Positions 10,523-22,181 of a DNA stretch of 64,000 bases are shown piece by piece. Below the pieces are notes generated by a model. The model saw nothing but the letters and a program-made list of their open reading frames with translations. It made no database searches and was not told the DNA's origin. The translations under genes were made by a program, and so were the position numbers. Position 1 is the stretch's first letter; each line of letters opens with the position of its first letter. The stretch is from contig CAVSJV010000005.1 of assembly GCA_963728405.1 (NCBI GenBank), positions 288,001-352,000 of the forward strand. Reading direction: 5' to 3'. The stretch comes from Methanomassiliicoccaceae archaeon. Lineage in GTDB: Archaea > Thermoplasmatota > Thermoplasmata > Methanomassiliicoccales > Methanomassiliicoccaceae.

Positions 10523-12521
10523 TCACACATAGGCGGTGATACTGCCGCTGTTGTAGACCTGGTCCCAATCGGACCCGGAGAGCTCGGTCCGGGGGTCATA
10601 ATCCAGGCGATAGGGCAGAGCAAAAACGCGGATGGGCTCTTGAGCGATCTCACTTCGAATAACGATCATGGACCCATCTCTGGTAAAATTATGCTCCAGC
10701 AGCTTTTGGTCTAAGGACTCGATCCGTCCTACGTCCACCCCATGGTAATTGATGAAAACGCTGCTGCTAACTGTCGGTCGAATAGTCAAAGTCCGAGGCA
10801 AAGGGTCCATCCCAGGTCTGAGCGAGGAAGGACCCTCCGCTTAGTTCCGATTGAGTGAAGGCGAAACGGATCCCTGTGCTCGGGAACAGGTCATGGTTAT
10901 CTATGCTGCCGCTGGGGCTCGCCATGGCCAGGAACGTCACGGAAGAGACTACGATAATGATCAAGGCTCCGGAGATCGCCCTGGAACCGAGCTTGACGAA
11001 GAGGGCGATAAGGCCAAAGGCCATCGGTACTGCTATGATGACCTCCGTCATGTAGAACCAACGAGCATCCAGGCCCGTCAGGGCGAAGGCGAGAGAGACG
11101 AATCCCGCCGCCAGCGGTATCAATGAAATGACGACGATGATCAGCCTGTTCAGATTACGATACCTTTTAGAGATCAAGTAGAAACATCCGATCAGGGCGA
11201 GCGAAAAGAAGACGAACATACCCAGGTACCGGAGCGATTGCTCGACGAGCGGAACATCATACACATAGTTGGATACGGTCGATGGCACGTTGGAAAGATA
11301 CTCGATCTGAAAGCCTCCGAAGATCTGGGTCCCGATATAGATGATCTGATTGCCCACATAGGTCCACCATCCGAACATGAAGACGGAGAAGAACAGGGCC
11401 AATAGGAGGGACACCGATGGCTTCGCCCCCCTGAAGATCATAAGCCGGTAGGACCATTCCACTGCCCAAATGGCGAAAAGGAGTATCGACAACCCCATCG
11501 CCACCACTGGATGGGTCAATATCAGGGCGGTCATCAGGAGGACAGCGAGCAGGAGGCTGGTCAAGCCTCTCTCCTTTCTTATCTTCAGCAGCAGGTATAG
11601 TATTATAGGGACGGTGAGGACCGCTAGGGTGTTCGGTACTGCCCAGATGCCGAAGTAGATATGGTAAGGTGCCACAGACAGGAGGAGGGCCGCCATCAGT
11701 CCGACCCTATCATTGAACAGGAACCTGCCGAAGAGGAACACCGAGAGCGGGGGAAGAACAATCTCGGTGAAAGTTATGATGAGCGCGGAGGAGGTCTTGT
11801 AATCAAGACCACCTATCAACGAGCCAATGGCAATGGCGATCTGGAACAAAGGGGTCGTCGAGTAGTCAACACCGGAGGTAAGGAAACCGTTGAATACGAT
11901 CCCCCTCACAAGGCCCTGGTGGATGGCCGGGTCGATCCCGACCACATCGGGGAACATGAATATCTGTGTTAACTCTATGCTGAAGCCCAATATCAGCACC
12001 TGAAGGATCATCAGCAAGAGATATTTGCGACTGAGAGGGGTGACCAAAACCTCTATTGCGACTATCCCGGCCATGATCGAGGTCAAAACGAAATATAGAA
12101 TGGGGCGTGAGTACGGCTCCGGCCTGAGGTAGTAGATCGCGATCGTTACGAGGAAGATAACAAAAAACAAAGTACCTAGCGCGTAGACCAACGATCTTTT
12201 TTGGACGAACCGCGCTTCCTCTACCATTCTGCCTCTTCGTAGAAGGAACCACGAGGTGCAGGTAATGGCCAGCAATACGCCGAAGACGGCATACACGGGC
12301 CTCCTGAGCACCACAACTGAGAAGACGGTCAGGAGCAAGGCCACTACCAGTCCTACTAGGGCCAGGACCTTGTCGAGGTTCATCTCGATGATAAGGTCCC
12401 TCATCCTTCTTGTGAGATTGATAATAATGGCCCTCCGCCCTCCTTTTGGAGCCAATGGCTCGCTATGAGTGTCCTCTCCCCACCGTTCGATCTTCCCCAT
12501 TCCTCTAGGGTCAGGTTCCAA
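10523..12521 (-). CDS. Polytopic membrane protein, probable glycan polymerase or GT-C-like enzyme (frameshift near 10780)
   Basis: More than 12 hydrophobic segments, GIDPAIH loop motif, C-terminal QVYNSGSITAY in ORF 10523-10810. Function is inferred from the cluster context. Confidence 0.55.
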
Positions 12522-12872
12522 TGGGGCCTTTTATTCATCTGCCATCCTGCCCTACGAGCGGGTCAATGCTTCTCTATGATGTAAATGCCCGGGGCCAGTC
12601 GCCCGACATCATATATGGGCACCTTTTTCCCCGGATCGGACATGTTTCCTTCGATTCGATGAATGATGAAAGCAGGGACTATTTAGATATTAACGGAAAT
12701 AACATGTTCATAATTTTAGCCGGCCATTGGAAACCCCATGCCCTTTTCGATCTAGTTGTGGCTTGGCGGCCTCGCCATGGGCGCTAGGTGGGAAACCAAT
12801 CATTAGGGATCTGAATAGCCTCCGACTCCGATAAAAATTATATACCTGGTCCTCCGGGTCATTGACGATCTG

Positions 12873-14072
12873 ATGGTGTCGGCGGTGGATCCACTTTTCA
12901 TCGTTTGCTTCGGTTCGGAGCCTTGGCACGGCCTGTGGCAGAGACATCAACAGTTGATGTCACGGCTAGCTGAGAGAGGACACCGAATAGTCTATGTCGA
13001 TCCCACGAACCTTCTACCCGCCCTCAGGAACCGGGAGATCAGATCTCAGAGGATCGAGAAGGTAGATGAGAACATCATCGTGGTCAGACCATTGTTCATG
13101 CCATTGCATTACCGGCTCACCATCCTGGAGAAGGTGGACAGCCTGGTCACCACTCGCCTGATCAACAAGGCCCTTCATGAGCTGGGATCAACAGAGCCAA
13201 ATGTTCTCTGGGTATACTCTCCGTACTCCAACTTCATGTTAGGGAAATGGCCGACCTCATCCCTGGTCTACGATTGTGTGGATGCTTGTGACGGGGTGTT
13301 CTCGAAGGACCGTTCCAATGATCCGGCAATAAACTGGTTACTCAAGAGAGAGGGTGATCTGATTGGGGAGGCGGACGCGGTCTTTGCTGTTTCCAAAGGC
13401 CTATTGGAGCGGAGCGCCCATAGCAATGACAATTCCCATCTCATCTCGAACGGGACCTCTATGCTCTCCACCAATGGCGAGGTACCGGTCGATATCAAGG
13501 CTATAAAAAGGCCCGTCATCGGCTACCTGGGGCGTTTAGGGGATTGGGTCGATTACGATCTACTGTCGAGGCTCGCCCAAGCTCGGCCCGAATACTCCAT
13601 CGTTCTAATCGGGCCGGTGGATTGCAAGGATGATCGGATCAAGAAGTTGGCCGAGGCGAGCAATGTGCACTTCCTGGGTACGAAGGAGTATGCCCTCGTA
13701 CCCAACTACATCGAGGCCTTCGATGTGTGCACCATTCCGTTCAAGCTCCAGACCTTGACCAACCTGGCCAATCCGGTCAAGCTGTTCGAGTATGCTTCCT
13801 TGGGCAAGCCTATCGTGACCACGCCTCTTGACGGGGTGCTTGAGTTCTCTGACCTAGTATATGTCTCCGATGGTACGAACGAAGGCTTCATCGGAGAGAT
13901 CGATTCGGCCGTGGCTGAAGATGATGCTGCTCTACGGGACCGGAGGAGATCAATGGCGAGGGAACACGATTGGGACTCCTTGGCCGAGAAGATAGAGACG
14001 ATTTTGAAGGGATTGCCTCAAGTTCATAGGACCATGACGACCAAAGGCCCGGGCTTATACGCCTCTCATTAG
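12873..14072 (+). CDS. GT-B glycosyltransferase (TuaH-like)
   Basis: WQRHQQLMSRLA, VYDCVD, IGYLGRLGDWVDYDLL, NPVKLFEYASLGKPIV. Confidence 0.85.
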   Translation: MVSAVDPLFIVCFGSEPWHGLWQRHQQLMSRLAERGHRIVYVDPTNLLPALRNREIRSQRIEKVDENIIVVRPLFMPLHYRLTILEKVDSLVTTRLINKALHELGSTEPNVLWVYSPYSNFMLGKWPTSSLVYDCVDACDGVFSKDRSNDPAINWLLKREGDLIGEADAVFAVSKGLLERSAHSNDNSHLISNGTSMLSTNGEVPVDIKAIKRPVIGYLGRLGDWVDYDLLSRLAQARPEYSIVLIGPVDCKDDRIKKLAEASNVHFLGTKEYALVPNYIEAFDVCTIPFKLQTLTNLANPVKLFEYASLGKPIVTTPLDGVLEFSDLVYVSDGTNEGFIGEIDSAVAEDDAALRDRRRSMAREHDWDSLAEKIETILKGLPQVHRTMTTKGPGLYASH

Positions 14073-14132
14073 TTTTCATCGGTGGTCGAATGGTGGGGCC
14101 ATATAACCTCTGAGCTCAATTGTATACATCAC

Positions 14133-15068
14133 ATGGTCAAATTTGTACCCGCACATCGACGTCTGCCATTGGTCGGCCCCCTCATCGATCGGATCGAGAT
14201 ATCTAGAACCGCGTTTCGAAAATATCGGCCTGAAGATGTCCCTTATTCATTCTCTGGGAATGTGCTGGAGATATCCACCAATATCGGATGCAGGGTCAAT
14301 TGCCATTATTGCCCCCAACAATTGATCATCGAGAGGTACCTGGCAACGGGGAACCAGCCTCCGATGAAGATGAGTCTGGAAACCTTTGAGAATTGTATCA
14401 GGACCGTCCCGCCAGATACGAGCATCACATTCAGTGGCTTCTCCGAGCCGTTCCTTAATCCGGATACTTCGAACATGATAATGAGGGCTGACAGCAAGGG
14501 CCATCAGATGGCGGTGTACACCACATTGGTCGGTCTCGACCTGGGAGCCTACCAGAAGATCCGATCGATACCCTTCAAGGAATTCGTGGTTCATCTGCCG
14601 GATATGGAACAGACGAGCAATATCCCGATAACGGCCGAGTATCTGGAATTGCTCGAAGCCATCGCCAGCAACCCTCCATCGGGGCTCAGGTTCTGTATCC
14701 TTGGCCGTAATCTCGACCCAAGAATATCTGGCATCCTGTCCCCCCGAGGGTTCACCGTGGTCATTATCCAGGTGACCGACAGAGTTGGCAATCTTACGAT
14801 CGATGATGGGGGCATATCAAAGCCTCACCTTAAGAATGGAAGGATCGAGGCCCTCTGCAGGCACAGGGTCAATGTGCTCCTGCCCGACGGCCGGGTCCAT
14901 CTCTGCTTCAACGACTTTGGATTGAAGTATGAACTGGGCGATCTGAATGGCGGTGAATATAGGGACCTGTTCATCTCCCCTCAGTTCAGATCGATAGAAA
15001 GGTCCCTGACGGATGCACAGATCGATTCCAATTGCCGACATTGCATCTTCTCGGTGCGGATTAAATGA
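14133..15068 (+). CDS. Radical SAM protein with C-terminal SPASM/twitch-like cysteines
   Basis: CRVNCHYC (CxxxCxxC), SGFSEP, LLPDGRVHLCFND, CRHC. The start is uncertain (14082 GTG or 14133 ATG). Confidence 0.8.
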   Translation: MVKFVPAHRRLPLVGPLIDRIEISRTAFRKYRPEDVPYSFSGNVLEISTNIGCRVNCHYCPQQLIIERYLATGNQPPMKMSLETFENCIRTVPPDTSITFSGFSEPFLNPDTSNMIMRADSKGHQMAVYTTLVGLDLGAYQKIRSIPFKEFVVHLPDMEQTSNIPITAEYLELLEAIASNPPSGLRFCILGRNLDPRISGILSPRGFTVVIIQVTDRVGNLTIDDGGISKPHLKNGRIEALCRHRVNVLLPDGRVHLCFNDFGLKYELGDLNGGEYRDLFISPQFRSIERSLTDAQIDSNCRHCIFSVRIK

Positions 15069-15182
15069 ACACTAGGCCAAGCGGGAGTCTGGAGGATATC
15101 TGCTTTTGAATGCTGGTGGGCCATCCATTGACCGATCCCTGTACGGCTTGTGCATGCCATACCGAATATGAGGTGACTGTCT

Positions 15183-16122
15183 TCACATCCATCTCTCGAG
15201 TACCCCCGATATGGCACCCATGGTCTCTCCCAGCATGATGGAGAATATGGCCAGGGGCCCATTAAGAAACGTCATGTAGCACATATGTCTTCAGACTCAC
15301 CAGCATTCCGTATCTGATGACATAGTAGAGGGTGGCCAATCCCATCATAAGCAAACCGAGGGGCGCATCCGCGATCGTTATTATGATAAGGATGGCTACC
15401 AACGAGGTGAGGAGGGCGGCCTTATGCGTTCGCCCCTTGGAGTTCAGATTATTGGCGATCATGTCCCATTTGCTGTAGTTGAAGTACTGTTTGTAAACGC
15501 CTTTTGGGTTCGCTCTTGTCTTGGCCAAGACTATGGCGTCCTCCGCCATCTTGAACTTACACCCCGCGGCCTTGAGATTATGGTCGAACGTGGTATCCTC
15601 GGCGATCTGAAGGTCCTCCGGATAGCCGCCCACCTTCTGCCATGCGCTTTTCCTGAACGCAATGCTCCGGCTCGATGGCATTATCACATCATCTATCATG
15701 GGCATCCTTTTGGAGATGATCCGAGCAACCGCCTTTTCGAAGTGTGTGTCGCCAGTGTATCGGTATGAGCCGCAGGAGACATCCACCGTCCTATCCTCCT
15801 CTAACGGAGCGATGATATATTCCAACCAGGTTTTTTCCAGCACGCACCCTGCATCGGTCGAGGCGATGATGTCATACTTCGAGTTCCTGACCGCGGTATT
15901 CCTGCCCCGGGAGATGTTCGCCCCCTCCTCCACGATCAGCCGGAACGGCGCTCCCTTCTCAATGTAGGACCTGATAATCTCCTGAGTACGGTCCGTCGAC
16001 CCGCCATCGACGATGACGATGTCATCGGACGGTTTTGTTTGAGCTAGGAACGAATCCAGGAGCGTTCTTATGGAGCCCTCCTCGTTCTTGACGGTGCAGA
16101 TAAGAGATGCCCTAATCGCCAA
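15183..16122 (-). CDS. Glycosyltransferase family 2 (C-terminal frameshift near 15265)
   Basis: VKNEE, VDGGSTD, GRN, TDAG, GGYPEDLQIAED and C-terminal TM helices. Confidence 0.85.
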
Positions 16123-17168
16123 AGTTTACACCCCAGAGGCGAAGATATGTATCGGTAACATTCTTCCAAGTGTTGTCCTTCGAAAAAGCATAGCCCCTCT
16201 CCAGCTTTCTCACGCTCTTGGACCGGTCTACGTAATGGTCCGCTATGCTCTCAGCCAGGCCTTCTGGCGACGATGAGATGTTCATCATGTCTTCAGCACC
16301 TGGCATCAGTCTCAGGTAATCGCGCTTGAGATCGTTGTCATAGGTGGCGAACACCAACCTCTTCCTCGCCATTGCCTCCAATATCGAAAGATAACCTGAG
16401 ACAAAGGCGAAATGTCTCTTCTCAGCGACCTTCCACGGGTTTTCCACCCACCCATGGACATTGATTCGCAGGCCATGTGCCCTTGACATTTTCTCGACCC
16501 AATCCCTAAGGCTCCCATCTCCATAGATGTCGACTTCAAGTTCGATGTCCTTTTCAACCTTCAGGATCCTGACCGCTTCAATGTAGGTACTGTATCCCGG
16601 TGTCCGGCTCCAAGCGCCCTATGAACGCCGCCCCTGGGCCCATCTCGCCCTCCTTAGGGGCCTCATCTGTTCCCCCATACAGGATGAAGTCCTCCTTGGT
16701 TCCGTACCATTTCGGTATGAAATCGCCTATGCATATGTTGCCCTTGGTCAGGAACGCTGTCAATCTTCTTTGCATTATGATGTTACGAGGAATGGGCAGG
16801 ATACCTTCATGCCCATGGAATGTTACATAGATGGGCTTCCATGGATAGATGAACCTGAACGGCAAGACCAGATTGATGAACGAAGAATAATCATGACAGT
16901 GCACCACATCGTTGTCCTTCAATAGGCCCCGGTTTTTCATGAGAAAGGATCTTCCCTGAGATAGGCGCCGGCCTGGAAAACGCAGTATCTTGACCCCATT
17001 TCGATACTCCATGGCCGGAAGTGCATCCTCATGCCTGGTTGTGAGGATGGTGACATCATGCCCCTGACTAGTAAGCTCTTCCGAAACTCTCTTGGTATGA
17101 TTCTCCACCCCCCCTAGATGGGGCCAATAGAGAGGAGTGACCATCAAGACCCTCAAAGAATCACCCAC
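16112..17168 (-). CDS. Glycosyltransferase family 4 (frameshifted near 16500-16590)
   Basis: RVLMVTPLYWPHLGGVE, VHCHD, FIGRLEPDTG, then SGYLSILEAMA in ORF 16112-16489. Confidence 0.8.
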
Positions 17169-18204
17169 TCGTCCTCGACCTCTCGACCAATTTGATGAAA
17201 TCCTCCCGAGAGCTCTTGTAGAATGCTTCGCAGTATCTTATCCCATTTCCAGCGGTCAAGGATCTGAAGGCATTCAGTCCAACGATCTTCTCCGTATAGT
17301 CGATGATCTCGATCTGAGATCGATGTTTGCCGATGGCCTCGACCTTTTTCTCCATCTCATCAGTTATGTCCACGAGCGTATTGGGAGTAAGTGCGCTCCA
17401 CACCTCATAGCAATAGCAATCTGTATCTTCGGTATAGCTCTTGAGCGCGGCCGCCACCATTTGTGTGGTGCAGATATGATCTGGGTGATTGTCAAGCGGA
17501 TTTGGGGTAAAAATGGCATCTGGCCCGTATTCCTCTATGAGGCGCAATGTTCGCTCAATCGATTCCTTGTTGGCTTTCAAACCAGAGTCGGGATAATCCA
17601 TGAACACGTTATCCCCACAGCCGAGGGCCCTCAATCCTTCAATGCCCTCTTTCTTTCTCTCAATGACCATCTCCTCGGCTGAAAACCGTGGGTTGCCGTT
17701 CCTTCCATCGGTCACATAGGCGACCTTGATCGAGGAGCCCTCCGTTGCATACTTGGCAATGGTGCCTCCACAACCCAATACCTCATCGTCCGGATGGGGG
17801 GCAAATATCAATATCCTCTTTTTCTTGGCTCCCTCAGGTGCCTCTAGCTTAGGATAGCTGACAGCTCCCGATGAAACTCCGATGACGGATCGGAATATGT
17901 CCCTTGCAGGGACTCTTCGATGAAAGGCCATGACCATGATGGTTCGATACCTTCGAATAACTGGATCGAGGACCTCGCCAATCGTCTTTTTTCCGTCTGA
18001 TGTTCCGTGAGCGATCTCGTCGTTTATCGTCTGTCTCCCTCCAAGGGCATCTTTAATGGCTCGATGGAGCCGATATCTTCCTACAGGGGATGACTGGTAT
18101 TCCATCCTCTTCAATAGGTAGGTCCGACCATTTAGTGGGTCCGTTCCTCTTCGCAACATTGTGGGGCAAATGAGGTCAATGTCGTTCTGACCGAACGAGG
18201 TCAT
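17161..18204 (-). CDS. PIG-L/LmbE-family N-deacetylase with N-terminal extension
   Basis: APHPDDEVLGCGG, VTDG, DNHPDH, YEVW, HRSQ. The start may lie further downstream. Confidence 0.85.
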   Translation of the reverse strand: MTSFGQNDIDLICPTMLRRGTDPLNGRTYLLKRMEYQSSPVGRYRLHRAIKDALGGRQTINDEIAHGTSDGKKTIGEVLDPVIRRYRTIMVMAFHRRVPARDIFRSVIGVSSGAVSYPKLEAPEGAKKKRILIFAPHPDDEVLGCGGTIAKYATEGSSIKVAYVTDGRNGNPRFSAEEMVIERKKEGIEGLRALGCGDNVFMDYPDSGLKANKESIERTLRLIEEYGPDAIFTPNPLDNHPDHICTTQMVAAALKSYTEDTDCYCYEVWSALTPNTLVDITDEMEKKVEAIGKHRSQIEIIDYTEKIVGLNAFRSLTAGNGIRYCEAFYKSSREDFIKLVERSRTSG

Positions 18205-18639
18205 AGTTGCAGACTGCCCATCACTATGCTAACCCGGGGGCCACATTTCTCAGGTTGATCGTTTTCTGATTGATCGGAAACGGGCCAACCATGTCTCATT
18301 GGTACCTTTTTTAACCACGTTAATCTGCTTGGGCCTCACCTCCCTAGCAGTACGCGAGGGGTGTTTCGGGAATCATTTAAAAAGAACTCCAGATGGAGCA
18401 AGATAAATGTTTCGTTGGAATGGGCCTTGCTAGCAGTGTTGCTTAGACCACCTTTAGGTCTGATCGATGCTCTACCGCCACGGTCTCCAACATCGTTCGA
18501 ACGTAGCCGATGAACTTCGCCGGGGTATCGGTCGCTGTCCAGCATCCGTTTTAGCAAGCTATGGTTATGGGCCATTTGAATAATCCCCGTCCCGAATTCC
18601 TGGACCGCTCGAAAACTTTTTTCGGGGTTGACCGAGCAT

Positions 18640-19743
18640 TCATTCATATATGTTCTTGAACAATTTTTCTTTGACCCCGAAAATGGAATCGATGCGCTTC
18701 ATCGTTCCGGAGTCCGCAATGCGGGAGAGGTGCGCGATCATCCCCCTTTTTGCCTGCAGCCCTTCCAGTGGTACGGTCCGTTCTCCCATGCGCCGTTTAT
18801 ATGGTTCTGACCCCGCGCCCAGGTCGATCGCCCTACAGCCCTTGGACCTAAGGTCCTCCATGGTCAAGGTCAGCGCGAGCGAGCCAGGCGAATACCATTC
18901 GTAGGCATCGTCCATGCCCATCAAGTAGGATATGGCCAATTCGTTCTCTACGAAACCGAAGGTCTGGGCGGCCACTCGATCATCGATCAGCAGCTCGTAG
19001 GCATATCCAAAGTTTTGAGATAAGGACAATTTTAAGACATGTTTGAGGAACTGGATATTGACCGGATTATGGAAGATGCTTCCTCCCTTTCTCTTCCATC
19101 GTTCCTTGTGCATCGTAGCGTACACATCGACCGCTTTATCCACATCATCTTTATTAACCGGTCTCAATGATACTTGGTTCTCTTTCTGTAGCTCTCTCAT
19201 CCTACTATTGATATGCTCCCTGGAACGTTTTTGGAAGTTAGCAGTTATATCCCCGGACGGAGGAAAAGAACAGTAGGTCGTGTTCATAGTCGGGTATTCC
19301 AGCCAATTCGAGGTGGTTCTGAAGTGGTCCATGAATCGTCTCACCTGTGGGGCGTACTTCATGTAATTGGTCCGCAGGATATTCCAGTCAATGCCCGAAA
19401 CCTCGGCCGTTATCCTATCGACCACATCGTTTCGGTCCGGCCCCGTGAGTATGCTGACCTCATTGTACCCGAACCTACCTCCTTCGCCCACCAGAGAAAG
19501 TGTTTTAACAGGTATGCCCGCGGTACGACTAGATCTGAGATAGAGAGGGGCTGCCCCAACCAGATCACCCCCTTCCTCGACCAGGATGATGCGGGGGGAA
19601 GCGAAATCGTGGAAAACCTCCAGCCAGGCCTTTGAGAGGCCATAGGTAGAATAGATGGGCCCCTGGCAAGACGTACGCAAGGCCTCCCAGCGTTCCTCAT
19701 AATCATCCAACTCATCGAGAGCTGTGATGCAGGTACAATGCAT
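18640..19743 (-). CDS. GNAT-fold acyltransferase, CelD/BcsL-like (Acetyltransf_6), paralog 1
   Basis: LVGAAPL, YSPGSL, IDLGAGSEPYKRR. Confidence 0.75.
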   Translation of the reverse strand: MHCTCITALDELDDYEERWEALRTSCQGPIYSTYGLSKAWLEVFHDFASPRIILVEEGGDLVGAAPLYLRSSRTAGIPVKTLSLVGEGGRFGYNEVSILTGPDRNDVVDRITAEVSGIDWNILRTNYMKYAPQVRRFMDHFRTTSNWLEYPTMNTTYCSFPPSGDITANFQKRSREHINSRMRELQKENQVSLRPVNKDDVDKAVDVYATMHKERWKRKGGSIFHNPVNIQFLKHVLKLSLSQNFGYAYELLIDDRVAAQTFGFVENELAISYLMGMDDAYEWYSPGSLALTLTMEDLRSKGCRAIDLGAGSEPYKRRMGERTVPLEGLQAKRGMIAHLSRIADSGTMKRIDSIFGVKEKLFKNIYE

Positions 19744-20022
19744 ATGTCCTCCTCATATTATTTAGATCCACATCATACTAATACCTTGTTTTTAGTGAGC
19801 CCAATAATTAATGATCGGATCATCTCCGAGAGGCAGAAAAGAGAGTCCGTCTGTGGTCCCCACTCGCTCGCTGCCGAATACATGGGCTGGTCAATCAACA
19901 AACGGGGGATAGGGGGGTCTGACCCGCCGCCCCCACGTCGATCAAATGAAAAGGGTGCGCTCAATTCTCATAATCCATAGGGCCGCTCCGATTGTTCCCC
20001 ATACTGGTATCTCGACCCTTCC

Positions 20023-20622
20023 TCAATGGTCCGCGCTATTCTTTTCGAACAATTTTTTGGTCCCAAAGATATTGATGAAGAGGACGGTGGATTCGTTGGA
20101 GAATCCGATTGATTCAAGGGCCTTGCTTGAGGCCAGGTTCAATTTATGCGTATAAGCTGAAATGTATCTACCGCCTTGATTGGCATTCCTCGCGATCCTG
20201 CTGCCCCGCTCGATGAGCAAACGGTAAATTCCATTCCTCCTGAACTGAGGTTCCACGAACGCTTCGAACAGGTACCATCCATCAAAGTGAACGGTCCGGT
20301 CAAATTCATCGAGGTACTTGTCCCCGAACCAGAAACGGGCATGCCCAACGTCCTTACCTTCTGAATTGCAATAGACGTAATAGTGCTTGATCCCCTTATC
20401 CATATCTTCCGGGGCGGTCACATCCATACACCGGATTTCATAGGGCCGCCCATTCGGAAGCACACCCCTCTTGGGCATGACCGAAGGGTTTTCCGGTAGG
20501 GCCATTCGATAGAATGTTGCCCAAGTGGAGGTGATTCCTGGCAATGGAAACTCAATGACCATATGTTGCATCAGATCTGAGAACCTATACAGCATATCAG
20601 ACCGCGATCGTTTCAGTTTCAT
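20023..20622 (-). CDS. GNAT-family N-acetyltransferase
   Basis: Acetyl-CoA motif FVEPQFRRNGIY and NLASSKALESIGF. Confidence 0.75.
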   Translation of the reverse strand: MKLKRSRSDMLYRFSDLMQHMVIEFPLPGITSTWATFYRMALPENPSVMPKRGVLPNGRPYEIRCMDVTAPEDMDKGIKHYYVYCNSEGKDVGHARFWFGDKYLDEFDRTVHFDGWYLFEAFVEPQFRRNGIYRLLIERGSRIARNANQGGRYISAYTHKLNLASSKALESIGFSNESTVLFINIFGTKKLFEKNSADH

Positions 20623-20969
20623 CAGGGTTTACTATGAATATATGGTGACCTTAACGCCCAACCGACCCAGCGGCGGTTTTTTCAAAATATAACGCGATTT
20701 TGTTGGGGGTCGACAAATGCTCCACCTTCCCATCATCATGATGTGAAAATACCTTAGAGAATCCCCATATGGGCATGGAATGGGGCGATCAGGGACTGTT
20801 AAGGACAACAAGAACAAGTGTCGACAATTAATCTGATGGCCGGCATTGACTAACGAAATGGGAGGTTGGTCGGGCCCCCGACCTAAGCCGATGGTTCACC
20901 ACCGCCCCCGTCCTAACCTATTCCGCTCCTGTCCGGCCCTTTGCTCCCTTCAGTTAATGCCAAGAGGGT

Positions 20970-22073
20970 TTATTCATAGATGTCATTGAACAGCCGGCCC
21001 TTGAGCCCAAATGCCGAATCGATGCGTCGGGCCGCCCAGGAGTTGGCAACATTGGAGAGGAAGGAGACCATGCCTCTTTTTGCCTGCAATCCGATCATCG
21101 GAATCTGATAGCCCCCCATATGCTGCTTGTACCCTTCCATTCCTGCACCCGTGTCCACGGCCCTGACCCCCTTGGTCCGGAGGTCGTCCATGGCATACGT
21201 CATCATCAGTAGGCCGGGAGAGTACTTGGCAAAGTCGTTGTTCATGCCCATCATGTACCCCCGTGCAAAATCACCCTCTAAGAATCCGAAGGTCTGGGCG
21301 GCCACCTGGTCATCGATCAACAGCTCGTAGGCAAACCCAAAATGCTTGTTCAAGGATACCTGTAGCACGCGTTTCAGGAATTCGAAGTTCTTACGCTCGT
21401 TGAAGATACTGCCCCCCCTCTCCTGCCAACGGCCGATGTGTTGTTCACCATATATCTCGATGGCCCGATCCAGATCATCCACCGGGATGGGCCTTAGCTT
21501 GACCCGATCCGCCTTTTCCAGATTGTTCATTCGATTATGGATATTGCTTCGAGTCTTTTTCCCGAAGCCCCCCAGGATGTCGCCGGACTCAGGGAATGGA
21601 TAGATGGTCATGGCCACTGGAGCAATCTCCTGTGTGTTCCAGCTCGATTTTAGCCGGTCCACCATCAGGCGGTTGTACCAATTATCCTCCATGTAGCTGG
21701 TCTGCATTATATTCCAATCTAGTTTCCCCGTTTCCACCACTATGCGATCGAGAACTTCTGGACGTGAAGGTTCGAAAAGGACCCTGAGGTTATTAAAGCC
21801 TAAATCGCCCCCCTGGCCTACGTAGGAGAGGATGCTGATCGATATGGCCGAGGTGCGATGGCGCTTAAGGTATAATTGTGCCATTCCGACCAGGTCGCCT
21901 TGGTCCTCGACGGCCAGTATCTGAGGGGTTAGATCCTTGCCGTACGCCTCTAGCCATAGGGTTGCAAGATCAAAGGAAGTGTATATCGGCCCAACACATT
22001 TTTTACGCAAGGCCTCCCAGCGCTCCTCATAATCGGCCAGTTCATCGAGCGATTCTATGCAGACACATCTCAC
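20970..22073 (-). CDS. GNAT-fold acyltransferase, CelD/BcsL-like, paralog 2
   Basis: Same length (367 aa) as 18640-19743 and collinear with it. YSPGLL, VDTGAGMEGYKQH. Confidence 0.75.
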   Translation of the reverse strand: MRCVCIESLDELADYEERWEALRKKCVGPIYTSFDLATLWLEAYGKDLTPQILAVEDQGDLVGMAQLYLKRHRTSAISISILSYVGQGGDLGFNNLRVLFEPSRPEVLDRIVVETGKLDWNIMQTSYMEDNWYNRLMVDRLKSSWNTQEIAPVAMTIYPFPESGDILGGFGKKTRSNIHNRMNNLEKADRVKLRPIPVDDLDRAIEIYGEQHIGRWQERGGSIFNERKNFEFLKRVLQVSLNKHFGFAYELLIDDQVAAQTFGFLEGDFARGYMMGMNNDFAKYSPGLLMMTYAMDDLRTKGVRAVDTGAGMEGYKQHMGGYQIPMIGLQAKRGMVSFLSNVANSWAARRIDSAFGLKGRLFNDIYE

Positions 22074-22181
22074 CGGCTTACACCACCATCTTTACTGAAA
22101 GGTATCCAACATAAACCCAGTGGTCGGCAATCGATTGTTTGGATGGCCCGTTCAGCGATGACCAGACCCCTTGCGGGGAAC

